A DNA stretch of 41,683 nt from a virus (Duplodnaviria > Caudoviricetes): the IMG/VR virus record IMGVR_UViG_3300043414_001022, positions 1 to 41,683 of that record. The stretch is one strand, 5' to 3'. The translations under genes were made by a program, and so were the position numbers. Numbering within the stretch: position 1 is the first letter of the stretch; every line of letters starts with the position of its first letter. Of this stretch, positions 7,500 through 17,090 are shown in pieces. The notes under the pieces were generated by a model. It made no database searches, was not told where the DNA came from, and worked only from the letters and a program-made list of their open reading frames with translations.

Positions 7500-9199
7500 T
7501 CCCCCAAACCGCCAACCCCGTCATCCCGCAGATTGTCATCGAAGGCCGCCGACCGGACGGCACCTTTGTGGTGCAGTATCGCGGCCAACGCCTGGGAGCC
7601 ACCGAGGCGCAGTTGCTCGCCATCCACCGCGAGCGCGAGGAGCAGATCGCCCGCATGGTGGAGGATCCGTGGCGCTACGGGTGGGAGAATCCCGCTTGGC
7701 TGAGGGCGGATGCCGCATTCTCGGAGCTGCGGGAAAAATTTCCCAAGGGAGTCACGGAGCTCCTCATCCTCGGCGGCAACCGCTCCGGCAAGTCGCGCTA
7801 CTATGCACGGCGAGCCATGCAGCACCTGGTCAACAAGCCCGGCGCAAAGGTGTGGTGCCTGCAAAGCACGGAGGCCGCGTCGATCCAATCCCAGCAACCC
7901 TACATCTGGGAGTATCTGCCGCAGGAATGGCGGCCGGCCGGAAGTGGCAAACTCAAAAAAGGCAGCGTCGCAAACATCACCTACTCGCAGAAGGGTGGCT
8001 TTACCGAAAACTCGCTGGTGCTGCCAAATGGCTCGCAGTGTTGGTTCAAATTTTACAGCATGGATGTCACCTCTATCGAAGGCTCGGAGTTGGATTTCGT
8101 ATGGGCGGATGAATTGGTGACGCCGGATTGGATCGAGGCGCTGCGCTTCCGTTTGCTCACCCGCGACGGCGAGCTGGGCATCGGCTTCACGCCGATTGAA
8201 GGCTACACAACGACCGTCAAAGAATACCTCGACGGCGCGAAGACGATTGAAGAAGTCGATGCCCCGCTCCTGCCGCGCTACCGCGAGGGCAACTTGATCG
8301 GCCTCGAGCAAGTGCCGCGCATCCAGCAATGCACCCGCGAGAAAGCCCGAGTCGTTTATTTCCACACCAGCGACAACCCCTACGGAAACCCCGAGGCTAT
8401 GGAAACCGAGCTACGCGGGAGCAACCGCGAGCGCATCCTCATGCGTGCCTACGGCGTGCCGACGAAAGCCAAGATGTCGATGTTTCCAAAATTCCGCGAA
8501 GGCGTGCATGTGGTGCCTGCCGACAAGGTGCCGGGCGATGGGACGGTCTTTCAATTTGTCGATCCCGGCGAGGGCAAGACATGGGCCATGCTGTGGATCC
8601 GCTACACGCCGGATGGCCGATGCTGGATTTACCGCGAGTGGCCCGACCAGCTCGAATACATCGAGGGCGTCGGCTATCCTGGCGCGTGGGCCGAGGCGGA
8701 TGGCAAGCTGCAAGACGGCCGCCCTGGGCCTGCACAAAAAGCCTGTGCCGGATTTGGATTTGACGACTACAAGCGCATCATCGAAGCCGCCGAGAAAGCC
8801 GACTCCGCCGAAGTCGCCGAGCGTTGGATGGATAGCCGCTACGGCAACACGCCGACCATGACGCATGAAGGCGTGCGCACGCTCATCGAGCAATGCAGCG
8901 ACCGCATCGGGCTCGACTTTCGCGCCACCAGTGGGCAGGCCATTGTGGAAGGCGTCACGCTCATCAACGATTGGCTGGCCTACAACGAAGACGCGCCGGT
9001 CGATGCCCTCAACTCGCCGCGCCTTTACATTTCCGACCGCTGCAAAAATCTCATCTACGCCCTCAAAACATGGACCGGTGCGGATGGCAAAAAGGGAGCG
9101 ACCAAGGATTGGATCGACATCTGCCGCTACATCACGCTTTCCGGCGTGGGCTACGAAGACCCCGCCATGCTGCGAGCCCGCCCAGGAGGCTGCTATTGA
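7496..9199 (+). CDS. terL: Terminase large subunit
   Basis: Walker A GGNRSGKS, Walker B FVWADE, coupling motif GFTP, nuclease FVDPG...KDWID. Confidence 0.93.
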   Translation: MIPQTANPVIPQIVIEGRRPDGTFVVQYRGQRLGATEAQLLAIHREREEQIARMVEDPWRYGWENPAWLRADAAFSELREKFPKGVTELLILGGNRSGKSRYYARRAMQHLVNKPGAKVWCLQSTEAASIQSQQPYIWEYLPQEWRPAGSGKLKKGSVANITYSQKGGFTENSLVLPNGSQCWFKFYSMDVTSIEGSELDFVWADELVTPDWIEALRFRLLTRDGELGIGFTPIEGYTTTVKEYLDGAKTIEEVDAPLLPRYREGNLIGLEQVPRIQQCTREKARVVYFHTSDNPYGNPEAMETELRGSNRERILMRAYGVPTKAKMSMFPKFREGVHVVPADKVPGDGTVFQFVDPGEGKTWAMLWIRYTPDGRCWIYREWPDQLEYIEGVGYPGAWAEADGKLQDGRPGPAQKACAGFGFDDYKRIIEAAEKADSAEVAERWMDSRYGNTPTMTHEGVRTLIEQCSDRIGLDFRATSGQAIVEGVTLINDWLAYNEDAPVDALNSPRLYISDRCKNLIYALKTWTGADGKKGATKDWIDICRYITLSGVGYEDPAMLRARPGGCY

Positions 9200-9216
9200 C
9201 ACCCTCACCCTATAAT
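9196..9216 (+). promoter_or_regulatory. TTGACA-N9-TATAAT motif
   Basis: Consensus hexamers with a short spacer, 9 nt before ATG 9226; one of four similar sites. Confidence 0.55.
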
Positions 9217-9225
9217 GAAATTCGC

Positions 9226-9378
9226 ATGAAACTACTCCGTCGCCGCGATGTCATGGCCCGCCTTGGGGTCAGCGCCAAGCAAGTCACCAAACTCATCGAT
9301 GCAGGCATCCTGCGCCCACTCCTCAAGCGTGGCTGCCGCGCCTGGTATCGAGCCGCAGATTTAGAAAAATTAACATGA
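9226..9378 (+). CDS. Small Xis/AlpA-like HTH protein
   Basis: MKLLRRRDVMARLGVSAKQVTKLIDAGILRP...WYRAADL. Confidence 0.75.
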   Translation: MKLLRRRDVMARLGVSAKQVTKLIDAGILRPLLKRGCRAWYRAADLEKLT

Positions 9379-9641
9379 GCGAAGAACGCATTCGATTTGA
9401 TGGCTCACTGAGCCGAAACAAAAAACAGGAAAAGCCAACGCAGCCTTCCCACAAAGGTTCCTGCACCGTCGAGGGCGTGCCCTACTGGATCAGCGCGTAT
9501 GTGAACGAGAGCCGCGACAGCGGTGAGAAGTATTTCAAGCTCTACTTTGAACCAAAGAAAACAGAGTCCGAGCCAGTCGCCGCTCCCGCCGCAGAGCCAG
9601 TAGCCGTGCCGCTCTCCGAGTCGCCAGACATTCCTTTTTGA
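9375..9641 (+). CDS. Putative single-stranded DNA-binding protein
   Basis: Small beta-rich core, flexible linker and SSB-type C-terminal DIPF tail. Confidence 0.6.
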   Translation: MSEERIRFDGSLSRNKKQEKPTQPSHKGSCTVEGVPYWISAYVNESRDSGEKYFKLYFEPKKTESEPVAAPAAEPVAVPLSESPDIPF

Positions 9642-9877
9642 TGAGCGCCGAAGACCTTCAAGCCGCATGGTGTGTGCCACCCGAGGAACTCTGGTTCCGC
9701 AGCGTCATGGCAAAAATAACCGACGCCATCGAAGACGCCGCCGACATTACCTGCATGCCGCAAACGGCACAGAACCCCGGCCTGCTCGCCCACAGCGCAG
9801 GCGGCTTGGAAGCCCTTCGCACCTTGCGCGAAGAGATCGAGCGCACACGCGCCGAGGCATTCGATTCCAAGAAATAA
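9641..9877 (+). CDS. Hypothetical helical protein (head-module associated)
   Basis: TGATG overlap; LAHSAGGLEALRTLREEIE helix. Confidence 0.6.
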   Translation: MSAEDLQAAWCVPPEELWFRSVMAKITDAIEDAADITCMPQTAQNPGLLAHSAGGLEALRTLREEIERTRAEAFDSKK

Positions 9878-9920
9878 TTTCCCTCCCTCTGTGCTCTCCG
9901 TGTCCTCCGTGGTGCAATCT

Positions 9921-9970
9921 TTTTAGCGCCCGTTAGCGCCCATTTAGTCCCGTTAGCACCCGTTACGCCA
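9921..9970. repeat. Five degenerate 10-bp direct repeats (consensus CGTTAGCGCC)
   Basis: ttttagcgcc cgttagcgcc catttagtcc cgttagcacc cgttacgcca, in the gap before the scaffold gene. Confidence 0.8.
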
Positions 9971-10116
9971 GCAGCCTATTCCCTTTCGGAAAATCGGCAG
10001 GCAGATTCCGACTCAAAGGCGAGTGCTGAACTGCTCGCCGCGAGCCCGTGAAAATGTCGGACCCGCACGCAGACTCAGTTCTGACACATACCCGCGACTT
10101 GGACGCACAACAAACC

Positions 10117-11166
10117 ATGGACCAGACAGAAACAGTATTCAGCATCGGCGACGTTATCGACACGTTGGGAATCACCCTCCCGACCAGCGATGAGACACCG
10201 GAGGCCGCAGAGGCCACACCGGAAACAGACGCGGATGAGACCACCACTGACATAACCCCCGAGGATCAGCCCGAGGAAACCGACGCGCCGGAAACGGATG
10301 CCGACGACTCCACGGAAGATTCTGAACAACCCGAAGACCCCGCCGAGGAAGACGCCGACGAGGAGCCCGCCGAGGAAGACCCCGAGTCTGCCGAGGCCCC
10401 CGCCGTCAAGAAGCTCGCCAAGCGAGTGGACAAGCTCACCGCCCGCGCCAAAAGCGCCGAGGAGCAAGCCACCAGCCTGCAAGCCGAACTCGCCGCCACC
10501 AAGGATGCGCTCACCCGCGCCCAGCCTATCGTGGTGCAAGATGCCGCCGACCCATTGGCGGATGTCACTACGACCGAGGCGCTGGAGAACCGACTGGCCG
10601 CAGCCAATACCGTGCTCGACAATGTGCCCGATCTCATTGCAAAGGCCGACTATGAAGGCGGCGAAGTGGAAGTGCCCATGGGAGACGGCAGCACCCGCAA
10701 GTTTACAAAGCAAGAGCTTCAAGAACGCTTGCGAATCGCCCGCCAGATTCTCAAGGCCGAGCCCTCCCGCCGCAACTACCTCGCCCAGCGAGAGAATTTC
10801 CAGCACGAAGCCCGGCAGGTTTACCCCGAGTTGTTCCAGGAAAAATCCGAAGCCCGGCAGATGATGATGGCTACGCTGAATGCGTATCCCGGCATCGCCA
10901 AGCTGCCGAACCTCGAACTCGTGATTGGAGACGCCATTCGTGGCCAAGCCCTCCGCTTCCAGCAAGCCGAGGCTCTCCAAAAGAAAGCCGCCACAGCCAA
11001 GGCCAAACCTGCCGCATCCGCAGCAGCCAAGCCCGCCATGGCTCCCAAGGTTGTCAGTCCCTCAGCCGCCCCCAAAACCAAATCGAAATCCGATCCGCTC
11101 GAAGCCCTGAAGAAATCTGGAAACCGTGATGCCGCCGAAAACTTCGTCGCCTCACTTTTCAACTAA
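10117..11166 (+). CDS. Capsid scaffolding protein
   Basis: Very acidic disordered N-terminus, KRVDKLTAR coiled coil, basic C-terminus; directly upstream of the capsid gene. Confidence 0.8.
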   Translation: MDQTETVFSIGDVIDTLGITLPTSDETPEAAEATPETDADETTTDITPEDQPEETDAPETDADDSTEDSEQPEDPAEEDADEEPAEEDPESAEAPAVKKLAKRVDKLTARAKSAEEQATSLQAELAATKDALTRAQPIVVQDAADPLADVTTTEALENRLAAANTVLDNVPDLIAKADYEGGEVEVPMGDGSTRKFTKQELQERLRIARQILKAEPSRRNYLAQRENFQHEARQVYPELFQEKSEARQMMMATLNAYPGIAKLPNLELVIGDAIRGQALRFQQAEALQKKAATAKAKPAASAAAKPAMAPKVVSPSAAPKTKSKSDPLEALKKSGNRDAAENFVASLFN

Positions 11167-11211
11167 CTAACCCCAATGCGCCCCCAAACCTAACCCCACC
11201 CCCAGAATATT

Positions 11212-12222
11212 ATGGCAGCTACACCCATCACTACAGTCAAAGGCCAACGCGAAGATCTCTCCGACGCGATGGTCCTCATCGAACCCGGCGACACACCCAT
11301 GTTTTCCATGTGCAAAAAGGCCAAGGAGCCAACCAATGTGCTCTTCCAGTGGCCAGCCGACCGCTACAACGACCCGCAGACAGCAGGCGTCCTCGCTTCC
11401 GATGATGTCACCAGCTTCGACGACCAGCACGCTAACCGCGTCCTCCTCAGCGGCCGTATCCAAAAGGTGCGCCGGGCGTTCCAAGTGGACGACCTCGTTG
11501 AAAATGTCGCCGACCTCGCAGGCGTTGGCCGCAAGCAGGCTTTCAACAAGTCCGCTGCCAAAGCTCTCGTTGAGCTGAAGATCGACATCGAGGCCATCAT
11601 GGGCTCCGACAACGACAGCCAGGTGCAATCCGGCGCAAACCCCTACAAGACCCGTGGCGTCGGCGAGTGGATCAAATCCACAGCGCAGGCTGATACGGCT
11701 ACCGCAGTGGACACCGCGTTCCGCACCCCGGCCGCTTCCATCAACAGCACCGTCACCACTTCTCTCACCGAGAACAATGTCATCGACGTGCTTCAGAGCA
11801 TCTACGGCGTGCGCCGCGCTCGCCGGAACTACGACCTCGTTTGCGGCGTCGCTCTCAAGCGTGCGTTCACAAACTTCATCCGCACACAGACAGCCTCCAC
11901 GAGTGTCATGTCCACCGTGCGCACCTTCAACTCCAATGTCTCGGAGAAGAAGATCGTGAACACGATTGATATTTATGAAGGTGACTTCGGAATTTTGAGC
12001 CTTCATGTGTCCACCTACCTCGCTCATGGCGCGGCAGCAGCCGTCTCGGCCGCCCGTGGCTATGTGCTCGATATGGACCTCGTTTCCATCGGCTTCAACC
12101 GCAAGCCCCGCATGGAAGAGCTCGAAGATCGTGGCGGTGGCCGCCGTGGCTTCTGCGACGCCATCTTCGGCGTAGCAGTGAGCAACCCGCAGGTTCTTGG
12201 AAAATTCGCAGCCACTGCGTAA
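11212..12222 (+). CDS. Major capsid protein (DUF5309/SU10-like)
   Basis: GQREDLSDAMVLIEPGDTPMFS, FQWPAD, VELKIDIEA, DIYEGDFG motifs. Confidence 0.88.
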   Translation: MAATPITTVKGQREDLSDAMVLIEPGDTPMFSMCKKAKEPTNVLFQWPADRYNDPQTAGVLASDDVTSFDDQHANRVLLSGRIQKVRRAFQVDDLVENVADLAGVGRKQAFNKSAAKALVELKIDIEAIMGSDNDSQVQSGANPYKTRGVGEWIKSTAQADTATAVDTAFRTPAASINSTVTTSLTENNVIDVLQSIYGVRRARRNYDLVCGVALKRAFTNFIRTQTASTSVMSTVRTFNSNVSEKKIVNTIDIYEGDFGILSLHVSTYLAHGAAAAVSAARGYVLDMDLVSIGFNRKPRMEELEDRGGGRRGFCDAIFGVAVSNPQVLGKFAATA

Positions 12223-12239
12223 TCCCGCCCCCCAGCCCT

Positions 12240-12297
12240 GCCGGTAGCCTGGACATTGCATGTGTCAGGCTACCGGCCTCGGGGCTCCCCTTTTTTC
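12240..12297 (+). terminator. Hairpin after the capsid gene
   Basis: GCCGGTAGCCTG...CAGGCTACCGGC 12-bp stem, T-run at 12291-12297. Confidence 0.6.
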
Positions 12298-12300
12298 ATA

Positions 12301-12648
12301 ATGGAAATACTCAAGGAAGCGTTAAGCGACATCCCCGGCGAAGTGGCCGAGGGCGTAAAGAACGAGCTCCTCGCCCAGTGGAACTCCAAGGCCGTGCAGG
12401 CCGACGCCCGCCAGCACCTCATCGCCGCCGACCACGCCAAGCAAGACCTCCGCTCCATCGAGGGCGTAGGCGCTTTGACTCTCTCCATCGACCCTCAGAT
12501 TTACCATTTCTGGAACTGGCAATTTCCCGATTGCTGGAACGACCCAGACTTTATCCCATGGTTTAAGCGGAACTACCCCCAGTGCGTCGTGCGCTGCGGC
12601 GGCACAGGCAAGACCATGCTCCTCATGCCGGGCCTCAAAGCAGCATGA
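12301..12648 (+). CDS. Hypothetical protein
   Basis: Follows the capsid gene; codon usage like neighbours. Confidence 0.7.
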   Translation: MEILKEALSDIPGEVAEGVKNELLAQWNSKAVQADARQHLIAADHAKQDLRSIEGVGALTLSIDPQIYHFWNWQFPDCWNDPDFIPWFKRNYPQCVVRCGGTGKTMLLMPGLKAA

Positions 12649-12663
12649 TTTCACTTTCTAAAA

Positions 12664-12737
12664 TGCAGGCGAGAGAAACGGCAACTCGCAAGGCCCATAC
12701 CCTTGAGAACACGGTTCAATTCCGTGGCCTGCTACCA
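12664..12737 (+). tRNA. tRNA with CAT anticodon, initiator(fMet)-like, atypical
   Basis: Acceptor GCAGGC/GCCTGC with 1:72 T:T mismatch, D stem GAG/CTC, anticodon arm CAAGG-CCCATAC-CCTTG, T arm CACGG-TTCAATT-CCGTG, encoded ACCA. Confidence 0.82.
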
Positions 12738-12844
12738 TTTTGCCAGTCCACGCATTGCGGCGGGGTTTTTGTAGTTTTTTCCCTGGTTATTCCTTTCGCG
12801 TTGGCCGTAACCGCATCAAAAGCGGCCTCTGGCAACTCTTTCTA

Positions 12845-14929
12845 ATGCACGACGAAGACGAACCAGACCGCGACACGAAGTATTGGGTAGGCGAGCTCAC
12901 GCAAGCCGCCACCGATGGCGGTTGGTTCTCCTCCGTGCGCAGCCGGAACTACGACACCCGCATGGCGCTGTGGGACGGCCAGTCCTCGGATGGCTGCAAG
13001 TGGGCCAGCAACTACGGCAAAAATGTTTTCCCCTGGGAAGGCGCTGCCGACAGCCGCATCCGCCTGGCCGACCTCGTTTGCAACCGAGAGACCCAGCTTT
13101 GCCTCACCTCCACCTTCGCCGCCCGCTTGCAAATGTTGCCCGTGGAGTCCACCGACGCCATGACACGCACGGCCGCCGAGAGCGTGCTGAAGTGGATGCT
13201 CTTCACCCACTGCTCCTCCGACCTCCGGCGCGAGCTCGAGCTCGCCCTCAACATCCGCGCCACCTACGGGCTCGCCATCATGGGCGTGTTTTGGAAAACG
13301 ACGACACGCCTTGAGGAAAAATCCGTGAGCCTCGAAGACATCATCCTCATGGCCCAAGAGCAAGGCGACCCGAACTCTCCCTTCGCCATGCTCATCGGAG
13401 CCATCCTCGACCCGCTCCAAGAGGAAGTCGCCATCGAGCTCGCCGAGCAATTTGCCCCCGGCACCGGCACCGCCGCCAATATTCGCAAGCTCCGCGAAGG
13501 CGGCACGGTGGAATACTCGGTGCCCTACATTTTTGAGAGCAAGCCCGAATGGACCGCCCTCGAGCCGTTCAACGACATCATCTTCCCCACAGCCACCTAC
13601 GACCTGCAACGCGCCCCATGGATCGCCCGCCGTGAGATGGTGACTTGCGAGGAGCTCCAAGAGCGCACACTTACCGAGGGCTACCCCTACGAATTTTACG
13701 AGAAGGCCGAGAACTACAAAGGCGCAAGCCTCTGGCCCGTCTATTCGCAGCAAAACCTCAACCGCCGCGACAGCATCCTCTGGCAAGACCACCGCGACCT
13801 CATCGAGATATGGCATGTTTACAGCAAGGAGACCGACGAGAAGACCGGAGCCACCAAGGTCATGTGCCGCGTCATGCACCCAAATGTGGACATCTTTGCC
13901 AAGGAAGAGCTCTCCCCCTACACGCACGGCGAGTATCCCTTCATCGAGCTGGCCCGCGAACGCGTGAGCCGGTGCATCCTCGAAGCCCGTGGCATCCCCG
14001 AGATCGTCTCGACCATGCAGTCCGAGATCAAGACCCAGCGCGACTACCGCACCGACCGCGCCGGAATCGCCCTCCTGCCCCCCATGCGAGTGCCAGCCAA
14101 TCGTGGAAAGCTGGACATTATCCTCGGCCCAGCCGTGCAAATCCCCGAACGCCGGCCGAATGAGTTTGGCTGGATGTCGCCGCCGCCCTTTGACCAGGGA
14201 ACCATCGAGATCGAACGCGCCGTCCGCCGCGATGTGAACGAATACTTCGGCATGGCAGGCGAGGGGGTCGATCCCAACTATGTCGCCCTTGTCACCCAGC
14301 ACACGGTGGACCGCTGGCTCCGCGACTTCAAAGCCATAATCACGCAGACCTACCAGCTCATGCAGCAATACATGCTGCCGGTCCAAATCCTCCGCGTCTC
14401 CGGCGGGCAGTCTATCCCCTTCCAAGCCGACCGCGAAAACATCCAAGGCAAGTTCGACCTCATCATTGATTGGGACGCCAAGAACCTCGACGCCGAAGCC
14501 CTCGGCGTGAAGCTGAACTACATCAGCCAAGCCATCGTCCCTATGGATGTCGCCGGTGTCATCGACCGCGCCGGACTCGTCAAATTCATCATGGCCGCCG
14601 TGGATCCCAACTTGGCCGAACTCCTCGTCCGCGACCCCGGCCCCGCCGCCGCCCTCGAATCCAACGAGGAGCAACTCGCCTTCACGAAAATCGCCGCAGG
14701 CACGGAACCCGAACTCCCAGGCGAAGGCCAAAACCACCAGCTCCGCGCCCAAGTCCTCCAAGGCATCATCCAAGCCAACCCAGCTCTCCAGCAGCGCTAC
14801 CAGCAGGATGAGATTTTCCGCAACATGATCGACGCCCGCTTGAAGGGTTTCAATTTCCAGATGCAGCAACAACAAAACGCCCAGATCGGCCGCCAAGGCA
14901 CCCTGCCCGCGTTGCAACAATCCCCCTAA
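12845..14929 (+). CDS. Portal protein
   Basis: 694 aa; FPWEGAADSRI, HGEYPFI, RGIPEIV, Q-rich C-terminus; lies before the adaptor genes. Confidence 0.8.
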   Translation: MHDEDEPDRDTKYWVGELTQAATDGGWFSSVRSRNYDTRMALWDGQSSDGCKWASNYGKNVFPWEGAADSRIRLADLVCNRETQLCLTSTFAARLQMLPVESTDAMTRTAAESVLKWMLFTHCSSDLRRELELALNIRATYGLAIMGVFWKTTTRLEEKSVSLEDIILMAQEQGDPNSPFAMLIGAILDPLQEEVAIELAEQFAPGTGTAANIRKLREGGTVEYSVPYIFESKPEWTALEPFNDIIFPTATYDLQRAPWIARREMVTCEELQERTLTEGYPYEFYEKAENYKGASLWPVYSQQNLNRRDSILWQDHRDLIEIWHVYSKETDEKTGATKVMCRVMHPNVDIFAKEELSPYTHGEYPFIELARERVSRCILEARGIPEIVSTMQSEIKTQRDYRTDRAGIALLPPMRVPANRGKLDIILGPAVQIPERRPNEFGWMSPPPFDQGTIEIERAVRRDVNEYFGMAGEGVDPNYVALVTQHTVDRWLRDFKAIITQTYQLMQQYMLPVQILRVSGGQSIPFQADRENIQGKFDLIIDWDAKNLDAEALGVKLNYISQAIVPMDVAGVIDRAGLVKFIMAAVDPNLAELLVRDPGPAAALESNEEQLAFTKIAAGTEPELPGEGQNHQLRAQVLQGIIQANPALQQRYQQDEIFRNMIDARLKGFNFQMQQQQNAQIGRQGTLPALQQSP

Positions 14930-14950
14930 CCCCAACCCCAATAACCCAAC

Positions 14951-15802
14951 ATGAGAACCGTTACCTTCCAATCCGTCCTCGACGGAGCCGCCGCCCGCAT
15001 CGGCTTTGATCCGACGCAGACTATCCAGCCATCCACGGCATCTGCGCTCACTGAATACATCAACACCCGCACCCGCTTTGCTTGGGAGGCATACAAGTGG
15101 CCTGAGCTTTCGGCTATCGAGAAGCGGCAGTTTCGCCCGACTTTTGAAGCGGCAGTCGTTTACGCCACCGGCGCAGAGGTTTTTTACCTCGGCCAATACT
15201 ACCGCAAAATCGCTGCTGGCTTGGCTGGCGTGCTGCCTACCGCCACAGCGACATGGACCTCGGCCGCGGATCTCACCGATTTCGTGCGCTCGATTGATTT
15301 TGACCAGGCCTTTACGGCCACCTCAGCCACCACGAAAGCAACGCCTATCGGCGAGGTTCTGCATGTTTACCGCCAAGATCCCCGTGTGGTGCGCTATGCC
15401 GAGCGCGTAAATTTCTGGGTCACCGACTCAGGAGCCATTGTTGGACCAACGCAGTTCACCAACGCCACTCCGAATGAAGTCTATGTCGAGTTTACCATTC
15501 GCCCGACCATGTTCAACACCTCAAGCAACGCCGCCGACTTCCCTCGCGTGCTTTCCGAGTATGTCAAGTTCGCCTCCGCTGCCGACGCGCTGCGCGAGGA
15601 TGGGCAGTTCGACAAGGCGTCCTACATGGATGGCCTCGCCACCGATGCGCTACAGAAAGAGATGGACATCATCGAACTGAAGCAGGGCCAGACTCGCTTG
15701 CAGGGCAACCGCCGCGATCTCTACCCGAGCACACCGATGCAGCGTGCATCCTCCAGCCCTATTGCCAGCGCACTCGACAAAGCGACAGGCCAAGCCCGCT
15801 AA
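14951..15802 (+). CDS. Head-tail adaptor / tail tubular A-like protein, paralog 1
   Basis: Post-portal position; AWEAYKWPEL; C-terminal EYVKFASAADALREDGQFDKA helices. Confidence 0.6.
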   Translation: MRTVTFQSVLDGAAARIGFDPTQTIQPSTASALTEYINTRTRFAWEAYKWPELSAIEKRQFRPTFEAAVVYATGAEVFYLGQYYRKIAAGLAGVLPTATATWTSAADLTDFVRSIDFDQAFTATSATTKATPIGEVLHVYRQDPRVVRYAERVNFWVTDSGAIVGPTQFTNATPNEVYVEFTIRPTMFNTSSNAADFPRVLSEYVKFASAADALREDGQFDKASYMDGLATDALQKEMDIIELKQGQTRLQGNRRDLYPSTPMQRASSSPIASALDKATGQAR

Positions 15803-15808
15803 CGCCGC

Positions 15809-16753
15809 ATGAAAACCGTCCGTCTCCAGCAACTGCTCGACAGCATCACGGCACGCGCAGGGATTGACCCCACGCTGCCGGAGAATGCTCGTCGCGGAGC
15901 GCTGGTGATGGACTATGTGCAGGAAGCGGTCAACTACGCCTGGGAGTTTTTCGATTGGCCCGAGATCACTCACACCGAGGAGCGCATTGTCCTGGGCGCA
16001 GGCTTTGCCGAGGGAGGCTACACCTACGAGGCCGACTATGCCGGGACCGTCTCCTACATTGGACGCGCCATCGAGGGTAGCACCTTCGACCAAGCCGTGT
16101 GGCGCATCAAGCGCGTCACTACCACAGCGGCCGGAGCCGTCACAAATATCGACACCGCGCTCAATGTGCCTTGGAACAACCGGCTCACCGCCACCTATGT
16201 CGAAGACATCCAAAACTCCCCCTCCACCGAGATTCCCTATGTCCTGCTTTACTCGGAAGGCCGCACGCCGATTGGCGCAGTCTCTGCCGTGTATGCGTCC
16301 AATCCCGACACCTCGCTCGCGTATTCCCTGAAATTCAGCGTCACCGAAGACCGGCTCCTCATCACTGACACCGCCTATGCGGGCGGAACGGTTTACATTT
16401 CTTTCACCCAGCCAGTGCCGGAGTTCAGCATCGCCAGCTACGACGCGAAGACCGCCTATGCCCTTGGCGACCTCGTTTACCACAACCCCACAGGCGACTG
16501 CTACCGCGCCATCCTCGCCACCACCGGCAACGCGCCGACAAATTCCGGCTACTGGTGCAAGCAAGCCGTTCCGTTCTTCCTCGGCGACTACATCAAGACC
16601 AGCGGCCTCGCCTCCATCCTGCTCGAAGAGCCCGGCATGGAGAACAAGGCAAACTACCTGACCGCCCGCGCCGAGGGCCAACTCCTCAAAGCCATGGACG
16701 ACGCTTGGCTGCGCAAGGGCCAAGTCCGCCGCTACTCCGCCACCTTCCAGTAA
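15809..16753 (+). CDS. Head-tail adaptor / tail tubular A-like protein, paralog 2
   Basis: N-terminus aligns with paralog 1 (MKTVRLQQLLDSITARAGIDPT...AWEFFDWPEI). Confidence 0.6.
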   Translation: MKTVRLQQLLDSITARAGIDPTLPENARRGALVMDYVQEAVNYAWEFFDWPEITHTEERIVLGAGFAEGGYTYEADYAGTVSYIGRAIEGSTFDQAVWRIKRVTTTAAGAVTNIDTALNVPWNNRLTATYVEDIQNSPSTEIPYVLLYSEGRTPIGAVSAVYASNPDTSLAYSLKFSVTEDRLLITDTAYAGGTVYISFTQPVPEFSIASYDAKTAYALGDLVYHNPTGDCYRAILATTGNAPTNSGYWCKQAVPFFLGDYIKTSGLASILLEEPGMENKANYLTARAEGQLLKAMDDAWLRKGQVRRYSATFQ

Positions 16754-16761
16754 CCCCCCTA

Positions 16762-16781
16762 TTGACACGCTTCACCATAAT
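16762..16781 (+). promoter_or_regulatory. TTGACA-N8-CATAAT motif
   Basis: Intergenic, 12 nt before ATG 16794. Confidence 0.5.
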
Positions 16782-16793
16782 TAAATTAACGAC

Positions 16794-17090
16794 ATGAGTA
16801 ACCCCACAATTCAAATCGCCGCACGCAACACTTCTGGCATTGTCCAGCCCGTCCAAGCCACACCAGATGGGGCGCTGCGGGTGAGCACCGGATTTCCAAC
16901 TCCCGCTTACACGAAGTATGAAAATGTTCGTTTCACCTCACCGGCGACGAACAACACGAACTATGTGGAGTTCACTTTTAGCGGCACCTCGGTAGCCCGA
17001 ATTGTGAATACCTATTTCGGAGCAAATCCCCCCACGGCCGACAACGCGGAGATCCGCAGCGTCGAGATTAAATTCCCTCCCTACGCGTAA
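16794..17090 (+). CDS. Hypothetical virion protein
   Basis: Beta-rich small protein in the tail cluster. Confidence 0.65.
   Translation: MSNPTIQIAARNTSGIVQPVQATPDGALRVSTGFPTPAYTKYENVRFTSPATNNTNYVEFTFSGTSVARIVNTYFGANPPTADNAEIRSVEIKFPPYA

Noticed and set aside
9921-9970. Possible CRISPR array
   Set aside because: Units are 10 bp with no spacers; no cas genes seen.
12842-15196. 784-aa minus-strand ORF (also 4688-5908, 10075-10980, 11167-12261, 15650-16768, 32589-33983)
   Set aside because: Antisense shadows of high-GC genes with biased codon usage; no recognisable motifs.
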